DNA of 64,000 nucleotides from NCBI RefSeq assembly GCF_988242995.1, contig NZ_OZ547043.1; one strand, 5' to 3'. Shown piece by piece: positions 59,491 to 64,000 of this stretch (position 1 is its first letter; each line of letters starts with the position of its first letter). The notes under the pieces were generated by a model. It saw only the letters and a program-made list of their open reading frames with translations, ran no database searches and was not told where the DNA came from. The position numbers and the translations under genes were made by a program.

Positions 59491-60237
59491 TCAGCTTTTG
59501 TTATATAAGGCTTTCGTCTTTGAGGTAGTACGTTGGCGTAAATGCCAGGATAATTCTGCCCAGAAGCCAGGCACATGTAATATTTGCCGTTGGACTTTTT
59601 TGGCGTCAGCACACAATTCCATATTATTGGTGGTTGATACCCCACCCATGGAAAATTCAGACACCAGGCCATTGAGTTTTTTAAATGCATAACCGGCTTT
59701 ATACATTTTAGCCGCCAGCGCGTAATCGGAAGATACTTTATATTCCAGGTCATAACGCCATTTTTTCAAGCCGGATACCGGGAAAAATATCGCCTGATGG
59801 CTGGCGGGCAGGCTGTGATAAATATACCAGCCCGGTTTGGCGCTACGTTTAATTTTATGCCCGTCGCCAAAATCCAGCAGCGCATCGCCGGTGATCATCA
59901 TGTTATCTTTTTGCATTTTTAACTTACGGACAAAATTTGCGGCATCCTGATGAAAAATATCGCCCGAATTGAGAAACAACGCGAACTTGCCTTGTGCCAT
60001 CGTAATGCCTTTGTTCATGGCGTCGTAGATACCGTTATCTGGCTCGCTGACAAAGCGTAGGTTATAGATACCATTGAGATTTTCCAGATACTCACGGGTG
60101 CCGTCATTGGAACCGCCATCGACAACAATCCATTCGAAGCTGATATCGTCCGCCTGCGCCAGATGCGCCAGCGAGGCATGTGTTTTGACTATCCCTTCGA
60201 GGTTACGAAACGCGACAGTGATTATGCTAAGCAACAT
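59491..60237 (-). CDS. wcaE: colanic acid glycosyltransferase WcaE (GT2)
   Basis: 248 aa; synteny. Confidence 0.85.
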   Translation of the reverse strand: MLLSIITVAFRNLEGIVKTHASLAHLAQADDISFEWIVVDGGSNDGTREYLENLNGIYNLRFVSEPDNGIYDAMNKGITMAQGKFALFLNSGDIFHQDAANFVRKLKMQKDNMMITGDALLDFGDGHKIKRSAKPGWYIYHSLPASHQAIFFPVSGLKKWRYDLEYKVSSDYALAAKMYKAGYAFKKLNGLVSEFSMGGVSTTNNMELCADAKKVQRQILHVPGFWAELSWHLRQRTTSKTKALYNKS

Positions 60238-60247
60238 GTTCTTATTC

Positions 60248-61465
60248 TTACCTCGTAATATTTAACGCTTTTCGCAAAATAAACGGACAGACGATTAAAA
60301 ATGCATATTCCGGGCTAAATATCGAACCGGTAAAAAACAGCGATACCGGAGTAAAAAGATATAATTGCACGCGAAAATTGCGGTTATCACCAAAAGCGTT
60401 GATCATCATTTTTATCACTTTCCCCATGTACCACAGCGATAAAAACACTGCGAACCAGGAAAAATAAATAATCAGCAGATACAAACCATTGTCTATGGTT
60501 TTTCCGACATCCGCACCGTTAAATATTCCGAATGATGCGACGTATTCATAAAGTGAGCCAAATCTGACTACACCGTCAATATGGGTCAAAGAATAACCGA
60601 CCATCACCAGCGGACCGACAATACGATAATACGATGACGATCCTTCCGTACCTAAATCGCCCAGACGGGTGGAAATATAAGGAAACGCGATTACCACACC
60701 AACCAGGAATACAGCCAGAGAAATCAATGCCAACGGTAACTTTTTCTTAATCGCCTCTTTATTCAGATATTGAAATGCCCACTCCAGCAAATAAAACAGG
60801 ATAAAGGTCATAACCCCTGAAAACGATCCGGATAATATTATCCCTGCGAGAATCATAGCATCGGTTTTAGGCGTTTTGATACCAAACTGTTTGATGCTGA
60901 GCCAAATTGAGATTAATGCCAGAGCGAAAAATGCCGGTTCGAAATAAAGTGCTGTCGTGCGCTTGCCGCCGAATTTAATGAAATTCAGTACATAGCTGTT
61001 GCTGTAAATCAGATATTTCGAAATCGACTCCATAATACTGCTGCCACCGGTGAGGATAATTTGCGCCATCTCCACCGCCGCCAGCGCCACCACCAGCCCG
61101 ACCACCAGATAAAAGAAACGTAATATCTTGCGATGGTTGTGTGGCGAAATCGTTTTAAAGCGAATACTCCACACCATGCCAATAATGATCACAATATAGA
61201 CAAACAGCATGGTTGATGTGACGTATTTACTGGCATCCAACGACTGACCAAACAGATAGTTGAACGCCGTGAGTCCCGCACCAATCCCTAAGGCAATCAT
61301 CAATTTTTTAACGCTGATGCGTTCTAAAAACAGCAGTAACAAGACAGGTAAAAAAGTGACGATAGTGATGGGGAAACTTTCACCAAGCTGGGCGATTTTG
61401 ACGTTAACCAGCAGGTAGATCAGCGGCAGCAGCAGGTAGCTACAGATTCTGATAGAAGTTGACAT
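60248..61465 (-). CDS. wcaD: colanic acid polymerase WcaD
   Basis: 405 aa from [15 protein letters not shown]; polytopic membrane protein. Confidence 0.85.
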   Translation of the reverse strand: MSTSIRICSYLLLPLIYLLVNVKIAQLGESFPITIVTFLPVLLLLFLERISVKKLMIALGIGAGLTAFNYLFGQSLDASKYVTSTMLFVYIVIIIGMVWSIRFKTISPHNHRKILRFFYLVVGLVVALAAVEMAQIILTGGSSIMESISKYLIYSNSYVLNFIKFGGKRTTALYFEPAFFALALISIWLSIKQFGIKTPKTDAMILAGIILSGSFSGVMTFILFYLLEWAFQYLNKEAIKKKLPLALISLAVFLVGVVIAFPYISTRLGDLGTEGSSSYYRIVGPLVMVGYSLTHIDGVVRFGSLYEYVASFGIFNGADVGKTIDNGLYLLIIYFSWFAVFLSLWYMGKVIKMMINAFGDNRNFRVQLYLFTPVSLFFTGSIFSPEYAFLIVCPFILRKALNITR

Positions 61466-62657
61466 ACTCCTCCAGCATCTGTTGTCCACTGTAGGCGGCG
61501 CGGCTGCGTTGGCTGAACTCAGCCAGCGTGGTACCAAATATCGCCTGCGCGATTTCCGGTTTGCTTAACTGGACCAGTTGCAGCACGTCTTCTTCGCTGA
61601 CAGTTTTACCTCCGGATTTTTGCAGCACTTCCCGCGCCGCATCGCTATGGGTGGCGATCACCGGCACACCAATCGATAGCGCCTCACACAAAATCAGCGG
61701 GTAGTTATCGACACGAGAACTGAACACCAGCGCATCCATCTGATTGAGCGCGCTCATCAACTTGCGCTTGTCAGTTTCAAAGCCGTGATTAACCACGTTG
61801 CCAGCGGTGAACGGCGAGAACTTACCAAAGGTATGCAGTTCGATTTTGTCGCCCAGCGCCATCATCTCACGCACCAGTTGCTGGTTAGTTTTGCCGTCGT
61901 AACGCAGGTCATGCGCCACCACCGCGATTTTCGGCTTGCCCTGGGTTTCGCGCACCGGAGGCAGATCCGCCAGAATCGCTTCGGTTGCCATATCAATGCC
62001 ATTATTGATAATCCGGCAACGCCCTGGACCGTACAGGCTATTGAAAGCATCAGCCACATGCTGGCTGGGGGAAATAAACTGACAGCCCAGCGCCAGCATC
62101 TCACGAAATAACTGGCGTTTGCCCGCCACCAGCTGGTGCGCGCGATCAATCTTCACCGGCGGATAGTTATTTAAGGTCGGGCATTTCTGGCAACCCGTTT
62201 TCCAGCCTTCGCAACCGTCGGTAAAGGCGCAGCGCCCGGTTACACTCCAGTGATCGTGCAGCGTCCAGACCACAGTGACGTCCGGTTTATGGTTTTTCAC
62301 TTTTTCGCAAAAGCGCACCACGCTCTTAAGATTTAGCCAGTAGCTGTGCAGCACATGAAAATGCAGGACCACCGGACCCGGTGTGCGAGTAATGGTGCGA
62401 TATAACTCATTGAAATTGCCAAACAGATCGCGATTAAACAGACGAAACAGTGCAATGTTCGCCATCGCGATCATCCGCGGCGTATGTTTGATTACCTGCG
62501 GATAGTTTTGATGGCTGACGCTCTCTTTGCCGCCTTTGCCGTAACCGTAGACAAAATGTGACGCCAGCCCCTGTTGCAGCGCACGCTGATGGAGATCTAA
62601 CGCCACACCTGCTGCCCCGCCTTCCGCCAGTCGCACATTAAATTGCAAAATATTCAT
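61440..62657 (-). CDS. wcaC: colanic acid glycosyltransferase WcaC
   Basis: 405 aa GT-B; overlaps wcaD start. Confidence 0.85.
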   Translation of the reverse strand: MNILQFNVRLAEGGAAGVALDLHQRALQQGLASHFVYGYGKGGKESVSHQNYPQVIKHTPRMIAMANIALFRLFNRDLFGNFNELYRTITRTPGPVVLHFHVLHSYWLNLKSVVRFCEKVKNHKPDVTVVWTLHDHWSVTGRCAFTDGCEGWKTGCQKCPTLNNYPPVKIDRAHQLVAGKRQLFREMLALGCQFISPSQHVADAFNSLYGPGRCRIINNGIDMATEAILADLPPVRETQGKPKIAVVAHDLRYDGKTNQQLVREMMALGDKIELHTFGKFSPFTAGNVVNHGFETDKRKLMSALNQMDALVFSSRVDNYPLILCEALSIGVPVIATHSDAAREVLQKSGGKTVSEEDVLQLVQLSKPEIAQAIFGTTLAEFSQRSRAAYSGQQMLEEYVNFYQNL

Positions 62658-63142
62658 TTAATTACCTTCACTCGCGCTTTTTCTCCCACCACCAGCGCGT
62701 TGTCCGGGACAGAGTCGAGCACCACGCTGCCCGCACCCACGGTGACGTTGTTACCAAGCGTGATATCACCAAGAATAATGACGTTGGCACCGAGTTCGAC
62801 GCCGTTGCCAATGTGTGGACATGCCATGTTATCGGCACCACGATTGCCGATAGTGACGCCGTGGCGAATGGTGAAATCATCCCCCGCCACCACGTTTTTA
62901 TTGATCACTACGGCGTAACCGTGATGGATAGTAAAGCGGCGGCCAATGGTCGCGGCGGCCTGGATTTCATAACCGAAAAAGCATTCGGTGATAATGCGAT
63001 ACAGCACCAGCAGCGGGGCCGCCCACAGATTGTTGAGGACGTTCTTTTTGCGCCACACCGAACAAAAATGAGCGACGCGATAGGCAAGTACCATGCAGCA
63101 CGGGCGTAAACTCCAGCTGTTGGCGCGCAGATCTTCCAGCAT
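62654..63142 (-). CDS. wcaB: colanic acid acetyltransferase WcaB
   Basis: 162 aa hexapeptide-repeat protein. Confidence 0.85.
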   Translation of the reverse strand: MLEDLRANSWSLRPCCMVLAYRVAHFCSVWRKKNVLNNLWAAPLLVLYRIITECFFGYEIQAAATIGRRFTIHHGYAVVINKNVVAGDDFTIRHGVTIGNRGADNMACPHIGNGVELGANVIILGDITLGNNVTVGAGSVVLDSVPDNALVVGEKARVKVIK

Positions 63143-63144
63143 CT

Positions 63145-63984
63145 TTAGCGCCCCCGAATACCATCAGCCAGACGTTTGCCGTTACGCACCGACAGCAGCG
63201 TCAACAAGGTGCGCCAGGTCATACGTTTATTGCGGATCTGGTAGAGGGTAAACAGCTGATATTTTTTACTGGCGCGGTCGAATTTGTCTTTGTGCTTGCG
63301 GTAAAAGTGGAAGTACCCGGAGAATTTTTTCGGTGACGAGGTGATCTGCATTTCACCGTGATTGATATGCAGGATCTGCGTCGCCTCTTCCACTTTCCAC
63401 GGTTCGCCATACTCCACCACCATCCGCAGGAAGATGTCGTAATCCTGTGCCGCTTTCAGTTCGGTATCGAACAAACACTCTTTGAAACGCCACGCCCAGG
63501 TAAAGACCTGATTGCCAATGATATTGCGTTTATAGAACAGGCGGCGTGAATACGGCGATTTGGGATACAGCGGCAAACTTGCTGGTTGGGAATAGACTTC
63601 GCCCTGGCAAACGTAGTCGTTAGCGTACAAAAAGGCGTGAGTGACCAGTTGCTGTTTATGGGCGAGGAAGACGCTCAGACGGTTGGGTGTCCATTCATCA
63701 TCATCATCGATCCCGGTGATGTATTCCCCTTGCGCCAGCATAATCGCCTGGTTACGTACCGCGCACGCCCCGCTGTTAATATCGTTGTGAATGTAGGTAA
63801 TACGCGGATCGTTGAGGGCGGTGACGTACTGTTGCAGTTGTTCCCAGGAGGTGGAGCAATCATCCACGATGATCATCTCCCAGTTGCTGTAGTCCTGGCG
63901 CAGGACCGATTTTATCGCCCGAATCGCCAGTTGTTGGCGGTTCCAGGTTGGCATATAGATTGAGATCAGCGGATTATCTTTCAT
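63145..63984 (-). CDS. wcaA: colanic acid glycosyltransferase WcaA (GT2)
   Basis: 279 aa, IVDDCS DxD-type motif near N-terminus. Confidence 0.85.
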   Translation of the reverse strand: MKDNPLISIYMPTWNRQQLAIRAIKSVLRQDYSNWEMIIVDDCSTSWEQLQQYVTALNDPRITYIHNDINSGACAVRNQAIMLAQGEYITGIDDDDEWTPNRLSVFLAHKQQLVTHAFLYANDYVCQGEVYSQPASLPLYPKSPYSRRLFYKRNIIGNQVFTWAWRFKECLFDTELKAAQDYDIFLRMVVEYGEPWKVEEATQILHINHGEMQITSSPKKFSGYFHFYRKHKDKFDRASKKYQLFTLYQIRNKRMTWRTLLTLLSVRNGKRLADGIRGR

Positions 63985-64000
63985 AGGTTGTTCTCCCGGA

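Overview
Enterobacterial (E. coli-type) chromosome segment in K-12 orientation. It runs from a CP4-44-like prophage remnant through yeeX-yeeA-sbmC-dacD-sbcB-yeeDE-plaP-yeeYZ-yoeB/yefM, the complete his operon (hisL leader and attenuator, hisGDCBHAFI), wzzB-ugd-gnd, an AT-rich O-antigen cluster (rmlB, rmlC-like, wzx, wzy, rmlA and others) with JUMPstart/ops, galF, and most of the colanic acid cluster (wcaM back to wcaA). Gene calls rest on the supplied ORF track plus motif and synteny recognition from memory; no database search was run. The stand-out feature is a three-gene, translationally coupled operon at 2626..6991: a 798-aa dynamin-like GTPase, a 301-aa partner and a 356-aa patatin-like phospholipase with intact catalytic motifs. 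It sits in the island where K-12 carries flu (Ag43), between a YeeP-like GTPase and the DUF932/antirestriction/RadC/CbeA backbone. I am not aware of a named system with this composition and propose it as a candidate membrane-targeting defence or abortive-infection module. Other points of note: an Ivy-like lysozyme-inhibitor gene interrupted by an in-frame TGA, a frameshifted cbtA toxin beside an intact cbeA antitoxin, a mosaic of gene remnants at the island edge, and an O-antigen cluster lacking rmlD.
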